A stretch of DNA of 64,000 bases from Thermodesulfobacteriota bacterium (GTDB lineage: Bacteria > Desulfobacterota > Desulfobacteria > Desulfobacterales > SURF-7). This document shows positions 41,813 through 50,972 of this stretch, piece by piece (the stretch's first letter is position 1; each line of letters opens with the position of its first letter). The notes beneath the pieces are model-generated. The model saw nothing but the letters and a program-made list of their open reading frames with translations. It did no database searches and was not told where the DNA came from. Location of the stretch: assembly GCA_049320885.1 (NCBI GenBank), contig JBMORA010000009.1, positions 288,001-352,000 on the forward strand, read 5' to 3'. Made by a program: the position numbers and the translations under genes.

Positions 41813-42076
41813 ATGGATCAACAAAAATTCATCAAACAGAGCATCGATTTCAATAAGAATGTTTTCAACAATCTGTTCAACGCCGCGGTGATGTTCCAGG
41901 ATCAGGCCGAAAGGGTGTCCCGGACATTTCTCGATCAGGTGACCTGGATTCCCGAAGAGGGAAAGAGCCTGGTCAACGAGTGGATCGAGGCGTATAAAAA
42001 GGAACGGGAAAATTATAAAACCAAAGCCGAGGCCGGATTTAAACAGATGGAAGCATTTTTCGGCGCGGCCAAATAG
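41813..42076 (+). CDS. Small helical phasin-like protein 2
   Basis: RBS GGAGG; 87 aa; FNK..F.N..NA....QDQ.E...W.PEEG...W...KK.RE pattern. Confidence 0.7.
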   Translation: MDQQKFIKQSIDFNKNVFNNLFNAAVMFQDQAERVSRTFLDQVTWIPEEGKSLVNEWIEAYKKERENYKTKAEAGFKQMEAFFGAAK

Positions 42077-42155
42077 GAATTCGCCGGATTGCGGCAGCCG
42101 CGATCAGCGACGCAGCCGGCGAGAAACGATTGACAAACAAGGAGGAGGTGAACAG

Positions 42156-42419
42156 ATGGATCCGAAACAGGTTTTCAAGCAAATGCTGGAATTCAACAAG
42201 ACTTCTTTTACCAATGCGTACAATGCCATGGTAATGGTGCAGGACCAGTCCGAGACCATGGCCGGTTCCATGATGAGCCAGGCGGCATGGCTGCCGGAGG
42301 AAGGCCGAAAGGCGGTTCAGGATTGGGTCAACGCCTGCAAAAAAGGTCGCGAGGAGTACAAGAAGCTGGTGGACAATGCATTTGAAAAAGTGGAAGCTTT
42401 TTTCAAGAATGCGGGCTGA
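42156..42419 (+). CDS. Small helical phasin-like protein 3
   Basis: RBS AAGGAGGAGG; 87 aa; same pattern as protein 2. Confidence 0.7.
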   Translation: MDPKQVFKQMLEFNKTSFTNAYNAMVMVQDQSETMAGSMMSQAAWLPEEGRKAVQDWVNACKKGREEYKKLVDNAFEKVEAFFKNAG

Positions 42420-42454
42420 CAGGACAAGGATCGACTGAATCCGGGGAGTGCCCA

Positions 42455-42997
42455 ATGAATAAACAGGTACTGGAGTTCTGGGGTAACGCGCTGATCCATA
42501 TGGCCAAAAGCCAGGAACAGCTGGAAGCCATGACGCGGTTGATGGACCAGGGGATGAAAACAGGTCTGGGCGGCATGGAGGCCTGGCCGGCTTTTTTCAC
42601 CGGTTTCTTCGGGCTGGGTTCCAAGGCCGAGGAAAAAAAGAACTCTCCGGCCGGAGAAGCCACCGCCAATCGGATTCCGGGCTGGGGTATCCCCATGGAG
42701 GATCTCCAGGCTTCGATCAACTGGTTCTGCGACCTCATGGGGTTCGTACCCAAGCAGGAGCATGTCCGGGTTTTACAGAAATACGAAGCGCTGAAACAAC
42801 GGTCGGCGGACCAGGAGGAAACCATCCGGCACCTGCGGTTGATGCAGCGCGAGGGGAATGCGGACCAAAGCACGTTGGTCAAGGATTTCCAGCGTATGAT
42901 CGCCGAACAGACCGAGCAGTTTCAGGAACTCATGAAAAACTCGGAGAAGTTTTTCCATTACGCCGCCTCCACATCCAAACCCCCGGACCGGGAATGA
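42455..42997 (+). CDS. Hypothetical coiled-coil protein, possibly granule-associated
   Basis: RBS GGAG; helical, LMGFVPKQEH followed by a coiled coil; last gene of the phasin-like run. Confidence 0.55.
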   Translation: MNKQVLEFWGNALIHMAKSQEQLEAMTRLMDQGMKTGLGGMEAWPAFFTGFFGLGSKAEEKKNSPAGEATANRIPGWGIPMEDLQASINWFCDLMGFVPKQEHVRVLQKYEALKQRSADQEETIRHLRLMQREGNADQSTLVKDFQRMIAEQTEQFQELMKNSEKFFHYAASTSKPPDRE

Positions 42998-43137
42998 ATC
43001 CGGCGGGCCGTCGCGGTCCCGTAATGGACCCGTCGGAATCCGGAAGCCGTGCATCAGTCTGATTCGGTCATGATGGCGGCTTCCGATTCCGTGCGCATGA
43101 GGGACAGGCAGGAAGAGCCTGCTTGAACCGCGGCGGG

Positions 43138-43566
43138 CTATGGTTTGGATGGCCTGGGCGGACTGACCAGCGCCTCGCCGTCGAGTACAATGGTCCCATC
43201 CTGGTTGACACAGGTCGTCTGCAACCTGACCCGGCCTTTTTCCGGAAGTTTTTCCAAAACCGCCACCCGGGCGGTGATGGTGTCGCCCATGCGCACCGGC
43301 GCAAGAAAGCTGAGTGATTGTTTCATGTAAATCGTTCCCGGCCCTGGCAGCATGGTTCCGATGACGGTTGAAATCAACCCCCCCACCAGCATGCCATGGG
43401 CAATTCGGGTCTTGAAAAAGGTTTTACCGGCGTAGACCGCGTTCACATGGGCAGGGTTCAGATCACCGGTTATGCCCGCATAGAGATACACATCCGATTC
43501 CGAAATGGTCTTGCTGAATTCCCGGGTATCACCCACAGACAACTCCTCGTAGCTTTTTCCGATCAT
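43138..43566 (-). CDS. phaJ: MaoC-family (R)-specific enoyl-CoA hydratase
   Basis: YAGITGDLNPAH, RIAHGML, LPGPGTIY, FLAPVRMGDTI; RBS AAGGAGG. Confidence 0.85.
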   Translation of the reverse strand: MIGKSYEELSVGDTREFSKTISESDVYLYAGITGDLNPAHVNAVYAGKTFFKTRIAHGMLVGGLISTVIGTMLPGPGTIYMKQSLSFLAPVRMGDTITARVAVLEKLPEKGRVRLQTTCVNQDGTIVLDGEALVSPPRPSKP

Positions 43567-43678
43567 GGCGGCGCCTCCTTGTTTTTCCATGGTTTGACAG
43601 CGGATGTCTCCTCCTTACCGGTTACCGGGAAGATATGTCAATACGCAATCGGCAGCCAGCGGGGATTGCAGTTACCCA

Positions 43679-43707
43679 TTGACAGGTTTTTAAACCACCG
43701 ATATGTT
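43679..43707 (+). promoter_or_regulatory. Sigma70 promoter of the binding protein-kinase-receiver-DAC operon
   Basis: TTGACA-N17-TATGTT. Confidence 0.55.
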
Positions 43708-43818
43708 GCGGAAAGGGGAGACTTCGGTCTTCTCCGTCCCATTCGGGTTCAACCGAAATCGTCAAACGGGATTACGGCCGCATGGCTGCCACCGGTCAAG
43801 AAGGAGTAGGAACAACCC

Positions 43819-45057
43819 TTGCGCTCGCCAATCCGACCCGTGAGGCATAGCCGCTTTCTGAGCGCGGCCGTTTTGGTTCTGTCGGCTCAGCTCCTTTGGT
43901 GCGCGGCCGCCTGTGAGCGGCCAGACGGCCGGGAAAGAGCTGCCGGGGCGGTCAACGGCGTCACGGATTCCGAGATCCTCATCGGTTCCTCCCTGGCCCT
44001 GGGCGGCCACGCCGGCTACCTGGGTACGCAGACACTCCACGGAGCCCTTGCATATATCAACTCCGTCAATGAATCCGGCGGCATTCACGGGCGGAAAATC
44101 CGGCTGATCGCCTATGACGATGCCTATGATCCAGGGAAGTGCGTGTATTACACCCAGAAATTGATCGTGGAGGACAAGGTTTTCGCCTTGTTCTGCTATG
44201 TGGGCACCCCCACAACAGTCAAAATCATCCCATTGGTTGCGGAGGCCCGGATTCCTCTGGTGGGCATGTTTACCGGCGCGAACGCCTTGCGTGAACCTTT
44301 TCATCGGTATATTATCAATGTGCGCGCTTCCTATTACCAGGAAACCGGGGCCGCGGTGGAATACATGGTGAAAAAACTCGGTATTCGGCGGGTGGCGGTT
44401 TTTTATCAATACGATGCCTATGGCTTCGATGGCCTCAAGGGAACCGAGCTGGCGCTTCAGCGATACGGCTTGGCTCCGGTGGCTACCGGAACCTATATCC
44501 GGGGGACGGTTAATGTGTCGGAAGGGCTGGATAAAATCATCCATTCGGCGGCGGAGGCCGTGGTTCTGATTGGAACGTACGACCCGTGCGCACGGGTCAT
44601 TATCCAGGCCCGGCAGCGGGGATATAGGCCTCTCTTTTACAACGTGTCTTTCGTGGGATCGGATGAATTGGCAAGAAAACTTGCCCCGGAAGATGATGGC
44701 ATCATCGTCACCCAGGTGGTGCCGCCGCCGGAACAGCCGGAAACCGGAGAAATGCTGTGGGGCGCGAAACAGTATACCCTGAATCTGAAACGGTATTTCC
44801 CGGAAGATGAGCCCAGTTTCGTGGGACTGGAAGGATATCTGAACGCCATGGTTTTGGCCGAAGGACTGAAACGGAGCGGAAGAAATCTTCAGCGCGAGGG
44901 TTTTATCGAATCCGTGGAATCCATCACCCGGTTCGACCTGGGAATCGACAATGATCTGAACTTCGGTCCGGCGGATCACCAGGGCCTGGATCGCGTCTAT
45001 TTCACCCGGCTGCGCAACGGGAAATTCCTGCTGATGGATAAGGCAGAAACGAATTGA
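43819..45057 (+). CDS. Periplasmic type I ligand-binding (LivJ-like) lipoprotein, sensor-associated
   Basis: AAC lipobox-like, GVTDSEILIG, YDDAYDP, YVGTPT, NVRASY; no transporter genes adjacent; stop overlaps the kinase ORF. Confidence 0.85.
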   Translation: MRSPIRPVRHSRFLSAAVLVLSAQLLWCAAACERPDGRERAAGAVNGVTDSEILIGSSLALGGHAGYLGTQTLHGALAYINSVNESGGIHGRKIRLIAYDDAYDPGKCVYYTQKLIVEDKVFALFCYVGTPTTVKIIPLVAEARIPLVGMFTGANALREPFHRYIINVRASYYQETGAAVEYMVKKLGIRRVAVFYQYDAYGFDGLKGTELALQRYGLAPVATGTYIRGTVNVSEGLDKIIHSAAEAVVLIGTYDPCARVIIQARQRGYRPLFYNVSFVGSDELARKLAPEDDGIIVTQVVPPPEQPETGEMLWGAKQYTLNLKRYFPEDEPSFVGLEGYLNAMVLAEGLKRSGRNLQREGFIESVESITRFDLGIDNDLNFGPADHQGLDRVYFTRLRNGKFLLMDKAETN

Positions 45058-46964
45058 CGACACCATCCGGTTTCCGACCCCCAATGGCCATGAATCTCGT
45101 CATCCGAAAAATCCGGGAAGCCAGCCTGAAAAACAAGATGTTTTTCTCTTCCCTCACGGTGATTCTGCTCCTCAGTTTTGTCATCGCCCTGTTCACCCGC
45201 TGGGTCCTGATTTCAAGCCTCACGGCGGAACTGGTAATGCGTGGCAGGGGAATCGCCGAAAGAGTGGCGGACAGCAGCCGGGGATATATTCTGACCGAGG
45301 ACATTCCGGAGCTTACCCATTTGATTTTTGACGCCCGGCTGGGGCTTCGGGAGTCTCTAGTCGCCTACATTTTCATTGTCGATGCCCGAAAAAAACTGAT
45401 GGCCCACACCTTCATGGAGGAGTTTCCTGCCGGTCTTCGGAACGCCAACGAGATTCCTCCCCGGGCCTCCTACAGCACCAAACTGGTGACCGTCGCGGGG
45501 ATTTCCGCCTATGACATCGCCATGCCCATCCGGGAAGGGATTTATGAGATCGGCAACGTCCATGTGGGGATCAAAAAGGAACACATCGACCGCCTGATCG
45601 GCAAACTGCGCACCACCTTCGTCGGTTTTCTCTCCTTCATCACCATCTTCTTTTTTGCCATCAGCCATATGCTTTCCCGCTATATCACCCGCCCGATTTC
45701 CCAGCTGACGGAGATTTCCAATGAAATCTGCCGCAGCCAGGCAATGGCGGGATTGGACCGGGACGGCTGCCCGTTGCCGGAACACTATTCCGGGGATGAG
45801 GTCATGCAGTTGGCCCATTCGTTCAACAATATGACCGCTCAGCTGTCCCGCAGTCAGAAGGAGCTGAAGGAGTCCGAGGGGAAATACCGCTCGCTGTTCA
45901 ACAGCGGTCCGATCCCGATTTTTGTTCTGGACCGGAAGACCTTGGAAATATTGGACGCCAATCCCAGCGCCGAGGAGACCTACGGATACCCGAAAGGAGA
46001 ATTGCTCGGTAAGTTCTTTACCGATTTCGGCCAATTCGAGTATGAGGAGAAGAACCTTAGAAAAACCGTGGAGAATGGGTGGCCGGATGGATACACCCTC
46101 ACCGAAAATGTGCGCTATTACCGCAAAGGGGACAGGCGGCCCCAATACATCCGCTTCAAGGCCTGTCCGGCGGAATATAAGGGGCGGGAGGCCCTGATAC
46201 TGGCGGCCACGGATATCACGGAAATGGTGGAAAAGGACGCACAGTTGATCCAGGCCAGTAAAATGAGCACCCTGGGGGAAATGTCCGCCGGTGTGGCCCA
46301 TGAACTGAACCAACCGCTGAATGCCATCAAGCTGGGCAACGAATACCTGAAAACCATGCTTCAGCAGAAACGGGCGATTCCGGAAGAAGACCTGCTGCAG
46401 GTGGCCACGGAGGTCAACAATCAGGTGATGCGCGCCTCGGAGATTATCAGCCGGCTGCGGGCCTTCGGCCGGAAAACCGATTTTGCCAAGGAGCGGGTGG
46501 ATATCAATGCGCCGGTTCAGGGTGTACTGAGAATGATCGGTCGGCAGCTGGAACTGGCAAACATCGCCGTGGAGATGGATCTGAACCGCGATCTGCCGGA
46601 AATCATGGCCCACAACAACCGTCTGGAACAAGTCCTCTTCAACCTGATCACCAATGCCATGGACGCCATCAACCGCGAAAAGGATGCGGCCGACACGAAG
46701 GATAAACGGATCATCCGTATCCGGACGTTCCGGAACGCCAACCGGGTGTCCCTCACGGTGGAGGACAGCGGCATCGGCATTCCCGAAAGCATCCGGGGAA
46801 AAATTTTCGAACCGTTCTTCACCACCAAGGAAGTCGGCAAGGGCATGGGACTCGGCCTCTCCATCATTTACGGCATCGTGAAAGACTACAACGGGGACAT
46901 CTCCGTGGAAAGCAGGGAAGGGTTTGGGACTGTTTTTAACCTGAGTTTTCCGGCCGCCCCTTAA
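45054..46964 (+). CDS. Membrane sensor histidine kinase (2TM-HAMP-PAS-HisKA-HATPase, NtrB-like)
   Basis: [53 protein letters not shown]; start may be ATG 45084 or 45090. Confidence 0.92.
   Translation: MTTPSGFRPPMAMNLVIRKIREASLKNKMFFSSLTVILLLSFVIALFTRWVLISSLTAELVMRGRGIAERVADSSRGYILTEDIPELTHLIFDARLGLRESLVAYIFIVDARKKLMAHTFMEEFPAGLRNANEIPPRASYSTKLVTVAGISAYDIAMPIREGIYEIGNVHVGIKKEHIDRLIGKLRTTFVGFLSFITIFFFAISHMLSRYITRPISQLTEISNEICRSQAMAGLDRDGCPLPEHYSGDEVMQLAHSFNNMTAQLSRSQKELKESEGKYRSLFNSGPIPIFVLDRKTLEILDANPSAEETYGYPKGELLGKFFTDFGQFEYEEKNLRKTVENGWPDGYTLTENVRYYRKGDRRPQYIRFKACPAEYKGREALILAATDITEMVEKDAQLIQASKMSTLGEMSAGVAHELNQPLNAIKLGNEYLKTMLQQKRAIPEEDLLQVATEVNNQVMRASEIISRLRAFGRKTDFAKERVDINAPVQGVLRMIGRQLELANIAVEMDLNRDLPEIMAHNNRLEQVLFNLITNAMDAINREKDAADTKDKRIIRIRTFRNANRVSLTVEDSGIGIPESIRGKIFEPFFTTKEVGKGMGLGLSIIYGIVKDYNGDISVESREGFGTVFNLSFPAAP
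46230..46343 (+). repeat. 114-bp inverted repeat copy A (kinase DHp coding region)
   Basis: 108/114 nt identical to the reverse complement of 49491-49604 by manual alignment. Confidence 0.85.
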
Positions 46965-46981
46965 CCGAAGGAGTTCACAGA

Positions 46982-47353
46982 ATGGAAAGAATTTTGATTA
47001 TCGACGATGAAAAACCGACCCTCGCCATGTCGCGCCTGTTTTTGGGCGCGCTCGGGTATTCCGTGCTGACCGCCGAAAACGGCCCGGCGGGGCTTGAAAT
47101 ATTCGCGCGGGAACGCCCCCGCATCATCCTGACGGACATTAAAATGCCGGGGATGGATGGCTTCGCCGTGCTGAAAAAGATCAAGGAAACCGATCCGTCG
47201 GCCGAAGTCATTGTCATAACGGGACATGGCGACATGGATTTGGCCCGGAAAGCCCTTGATTTACAGGCCAGTGACTTCATTCACAAACCAATTGAAAAAG
47301 AAGCCCTTGAAACCGCCTTGAAAAAAGCCGAGGAACGGCTCCGCTCCGCCTGA
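46982..47353 (+). CDS. Single-domain response regulator
   Basis: ILIIDDE, LTDIKMPGMDG, ITGHG, FIHKP; no output domain. Confidence 0.92.
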   Translation: MERILIIDDEKPTLAMSRLFLGALGYSVLTAENGPAGLEIFARERPRIILTDIKMPGMDGFAVLKKIKETDPSAEVIVITGHGDMDLARKALDLQASDFIHKPIEKEALETALKKAEERLRSA

Positions 47354-47414
47354 TCCGGACATTCGGTCCGCGGCGGGCGTTCCATCCCCGGCGGGAATGG
47401 TGTGACGAGACCTT

Positions 47415-48851
47415 ATGTCGGATCCGATTATTGGAAATATCAGCATTTATCATATCTCGGAAGGACTGCGGGAGGCCCTTTCCCATTTCTCCGGTCCGAG
47501 CCGGGTGGCGATCATCTATGCCGCCGAAGAGAACGATGCCGTGCGCATGTATGATCCCCAGGAGCTGCTGCGCGGTCATGAGCTGAAATTGAAGGAAATC
47601 TACCTGGAGTCGAATGCCTGGCGGGAAACGTCCACCCCGGTCCGTACCCTGGATCGTTTCCGGCAGCCCATCATCGAGACAGGGCTACCGCTGGCCGGGT
47701 TGATCTCCATGGGCGGTCGCTCGCACTCCATGTTTTATCAAATGTGGTTTACCGAACATCACCCGGAAATGTGCTCCACCGGGCCAACGGAGCGATGGCT
47801 GGTCAGGGCCGCCTGGTTGTTGTCCCAGGACATCGCCAGGGATAACGCGGATTACACCGGTGAATCCAGCTATGTCATCCGTGAGTATGCTCCCCATGCG
47901 GTGCGGGATTATCTGGTGAATGAACTGAATCGGCGGATCGGCATGGACATCCAGCTTCGCATCTATCCGATCCTGGATGCGGTGCTGGGAATATCCCGCA
48001 CCATGGAGGAAGGCCTGTGGCCCCGGGGCGAGCTGGTCGTTATGGAACCCCGCACGGTGAGTTTCCTGAAATTTCTGGCCCGCTTCCCGTCAACCGAGCA
48101 ACCCAAGCTGAAAAATTTCAAGCATGTGAGAAAATTGCTGCAAGCCGTGGAAAATTCGGACAGAAAACTGATCTCCGACGGCGACAGCATTGTTGGAATC
48201 AGCGGTAAGGAGTTGCCATCCGTGAGGCTGGTGGCGGATTTCAGGGGCGGGCACGGCTTCCTGAAACTCAACAACGATCCGATTTGCAGCTTTTCCGACG
48301 GGAATTTTCATTCTTTTACCCGCCGGGCCAAAATGGTGCAATTGGAGGAATTCCTACTGGAAGCCGATTTCGATCCGCCTTCCCTGGCCCATGATTTGTT
48401 TCAAATCATCGCCGATATCGTCCATCATGCGGAAGCCCAGAAGTTCGGTTGCACCCTGGTGATCGACATCAATCGGCAACCCATCGAAATCGCCGGTCAG
48501 CACCTGGAAGTCCCCCTGGATCTGCGCGATCCGGTGGTTTTTTCATTGACCACGTCGCTGGCCAAACTGGACGGCGCCCTGCATATCAGTTCCGATCTGA
48601 AACTTCATGGATTCGCCTGTATTCTGGACGGCCATGCCCTCAAGACCGAGGACCGCTCCCGGGGCGCCCGCTATAATTCGGCGCTGCGCTTCACCGCCGA
48701 GCACGACCATATCCTGGTGGTGGTGGTTTCCGCCGACCGTCCGGTTTCCGTGATTCAGGAAGGCCGGGAGTTCACCCTGATCAACGAATGGCGGGCAACC
48801 CCGGCGCGATTGACATCGCCGCCTCTGTTGGAGGAGTGGCTTCGCGGATAA
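47415..48851 (+). CDS. Cytoplasmic protein with C-terminal DisA_N/diadenylate cyclase (DAC) domain
   Basis: GCTLVI, LAKLDGALHI, GFACILDG, RGARYNSALRF, VVVSADRPVS; no TM helices. Confidence 0.8.
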   Translation: MSDPIIGNISIYHISEGLREALSHFSGPSRVAIIYAAEENDAVRMYDPQELLRGHELKLKEIYLESNAWRETSTPVRTLDRFRQPIIETGLPLAGLISMGGRSHSMFYQMWFTEHHPEMCSTGPTERWLVRAAWLLSQDIARDNADYTGESSYVIREYAPHAVRDYLVNELNRRIGMDIQLRIYPILDAVLGISRTMEEGLWPRGELVVMEPRTVSFLKFLARFPSTEQPKLKNFKHVRKLLQAVENSDRKLISDGDSIVGISGKELPSVRLVADFRGGHGFLKLNNDPICSFSDGNFHSFTRRAKMVQLEEFLLEADFDPPSLAHDLFQIIADIVHHAEAQKFGCTLVIDINRQPIEIAGQHLEVPLDLRDPVVFSLTTSLAKLDGALHISSDLKLHGFACILDGHALKTEDRSRGARYNSALRFTAEHDHILVVVVSADRPVSVIQEGREFTLINEWRATPARLTSPPLLEEWLRG

Positions 48852-48863
48852 AACCGAATACGA

Positions 48864-50972
48864 TCACTCCTTTTCTACCCGCGGGAACGAATAGCGGAAA
48901 GTACTGCCTTTTCCCTCTTCACTGCGCAGTTCGATATCACCGCCGTAGTCCCGGATGATTCCATAGATAATGGACAGTCCGAGTCCCATGCCGGCGCCGA
49001 CTTCCTTGGTGGTGAAAAACGGCTCAAAAACCTTGCCGTGGATCGGTTTCGGGATCCCGATGCCGGTGTCGCTGACGGATACCCCCACCCGGTCGTTTTG
49101 ACAGAAGGTGGCGATGGTGATGGTATGAACCGTCGGGGCCGGGTCGGTCTGTCTCTTTTTATTGATGGCGTCGCGGGCGTTGGTGATCAGGTTGAAGAGG
49201 ACCTGCTCCAGACGGTTGTGCTGGGCCAGAATCATCGGCGGGTTCTCCAGCAGATTCAGCACCACCCGGATACTTTCCAGCCGGAGCTGTTCGCCGATCA
49301 TTTTCAGCACGCCCCGGACCGGCTCGTTGATATCCACTTCCTGTTTGCTGTTATCGGTTTTCCGGCCGAAGGCCCGCAGCCGGTTGATGATGTCCGAGGC
49401 CCGTTCCACCTGTTCGTTCACCTCCGCCACGACATGATACAGATCCTGATCCGGAATGGGGATGTTGCGGGCGATCATGGTTTTCAGGAATTCGTTGCCC
49501 AGCTTGATGGCGTTCAGCGGTTGGTTCAGTTCATGGGCGATGCCGGCGGACATTTCCCCCAGGGTGCTCATTTTGCTGGCCTGGATCAACTGGGCGTCCT
49601 TTTCGATCACTTCCGTGATGTCCGTGCCGGCGAGAATGGTGGCTTCCCGCCCTTTGTAAATCGCGGGGCTAACCTTGATTTTGATATAGTGAAGGCGGTC
49701 CGTTTTCGGATCGTGGAGCCGCTGGATCACCATGCCGTTGGCGGGCCAGCCGTCCACATGGATCCGCGCCGGCCTGCGGTCGTCATATTCGAAGGTCCCG
49801 AAGTCGGTGAAAATCCTACCGATCAAATCCTTTTTTTCCTGGGCGAAGGTCTCGGCGGCGCAGGGGTTGGCGTCCAGGATTTCGAAACTGTGCTTATCCA
49901 GAACCACGATGGGATTGGGGCCGGCGTTGAACAGGGAGCGGTATTTTTCCTCGGATTCGAAAAGGGCCTTTTCCGCCAGCTTGCGGGTGGTGATATTCAG
50001 AAAAGCACCGATGACAAAATCGATCTTTCCGGTTTCATCGCAAATGATCTGGCCGCCTTCTTCTATCCAGAAAATTTCCCCGCTTTTGGAACGGATGCGG
50101 TATTCGCGGATGAAGGACTTGTCGGTTTTCAGGGCCTGAAGGAAGGTGTTTTTAACATATTCATGATCCTCGGGTACAACGATATCCATCCATTTTTTTT
50201 GACCGGACAGGAACTCTTCCTTGCCGTAGCCGGTGAGGGCCATGATTTTATCATCGATGAAATCGATATCGCCGTTGGCGTAGCCCTTGAAAACCACGTT
50301 GGGCAGGTTTTTGAGGAGCAGCCGGTGATTGCGTTCGCTCTCGGTGAGGGCTTTTTCGGAGCGTTTCTGTTCGGAAATATCGTTGGCGATGAGCAGGAAT
50401 CCGCTGATGGCGCCTTCCGCATCCCGCAGCGCATGGATGGACATGCGCACCGGGAAAACGCCGCCGTCCTTGCGTACGTGAGTCCATTCGCGCTGGTTGT
50501 CGTCGCCTTGGGCGGCATAGGCGAGCAATACGTCGATTCCGCCGATGGCGCGGCCGGATTGCCGGCTCAATTCCAGGCCGTGGTCGGCGAGCTCCTCCCG
50601 GGACAGAAACAGTTCCGGAGTTACCTTGCCGATAACGTCCCTGGCGCGGTATCCTAGAATATTTTCCGCGCCGGTGTTGAAAACGATGATGATTCCGCTT
50701 TTGTCGGCGGCGACGATGGATATTTGCGAGGCGGAGTCCAGTACGGCCTTGCGCATGGCGTTGGCCATCTGAAACCGGTGCAGGATTTTTTCGGTCTCCT
50801 CGAACTGTTTCACCACCAGGTCGGCGGTGATTTTTGCCGCCTGGCGCGCCACCCGGATTTCCGCTCGCAAGGCATGATTTTCCTCCAGAACGGCGCGAAT
50901 GTCTTCGTCCGTCATGGGGGTTTCCCAGCGTCTTCGATGACGCGTCAGCCGGTAATTGACCGCTTGGGGCAT
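48864..50972 (-). CDS. Cytoplasmic multi-PAS histidine kinase (coiled coil-PAS-PAS-PAS-HisKA-HATPase)
   Basis: [46 protein letters not shown]; start 50972 or 50915. Confidence 0.92.
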   Translation of the reverse strand: MPQAVNYRLTRHRRRWETPMTDEDIRAVLEENHALRAEIRVARQAAKITADLVVKQFEETEKILHRFQMANAMRKAVLDSASQISIVAADKSGIIIVFNTGAENILGYRARDVIGKVTPELFLSREELADHGLELSRQSGRAIGGIDVLLAYAAQGDDNQREWTHVRKDGGVFPVRMSIHALRDAEGAISGFLLIANDISEQKRSEKALTESERNHRLLLKNLPNVVFKGYANGDIDFIDDKIMALTGYGKEEFLSGQKKWMDIVVPEDHEYVKNTFLQALKTDKSFIREYRIRSKSGEIFWIEEGGQIICDETGKIDFVIGAFLNITTRKLAEKALFESEEKYRSLFNAGPNPIVVLDKHSFEILDANPCAAETFAQEKKDLIGRIFTDFGTFEYDDRRPARIHVDGWPANGMVIQRLHDPKTDRLHYIKIKVSPAIYKGREATILAGTDITEVIEKDAQLIQASKMSTLGEMSAGIAHELNQPLNAIKLGNEFLKTMIARNIPIPDQDLYHVVAEVNEQVERASDIINRLRAFGRKTDNSKQEVDINEPVRGVLKMIGEQLRLESIRVVLNLLENPPMILAQHNRLEQVLFNLITNARDAINKKRQTDPAPTVHTITIATFCQNDRVGVSVSDTGIGIPKPIHGKVFEPFFTTKEVGAGMGLGLSIIYGIIRDYGGDIELRSEEGKGSTFRYSFPRVEKE
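49491..49604 (-). repeat. 114-bp inverted repeat copy B
   Basis: See copy A at 46230-46343. Confidence 0.85.
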
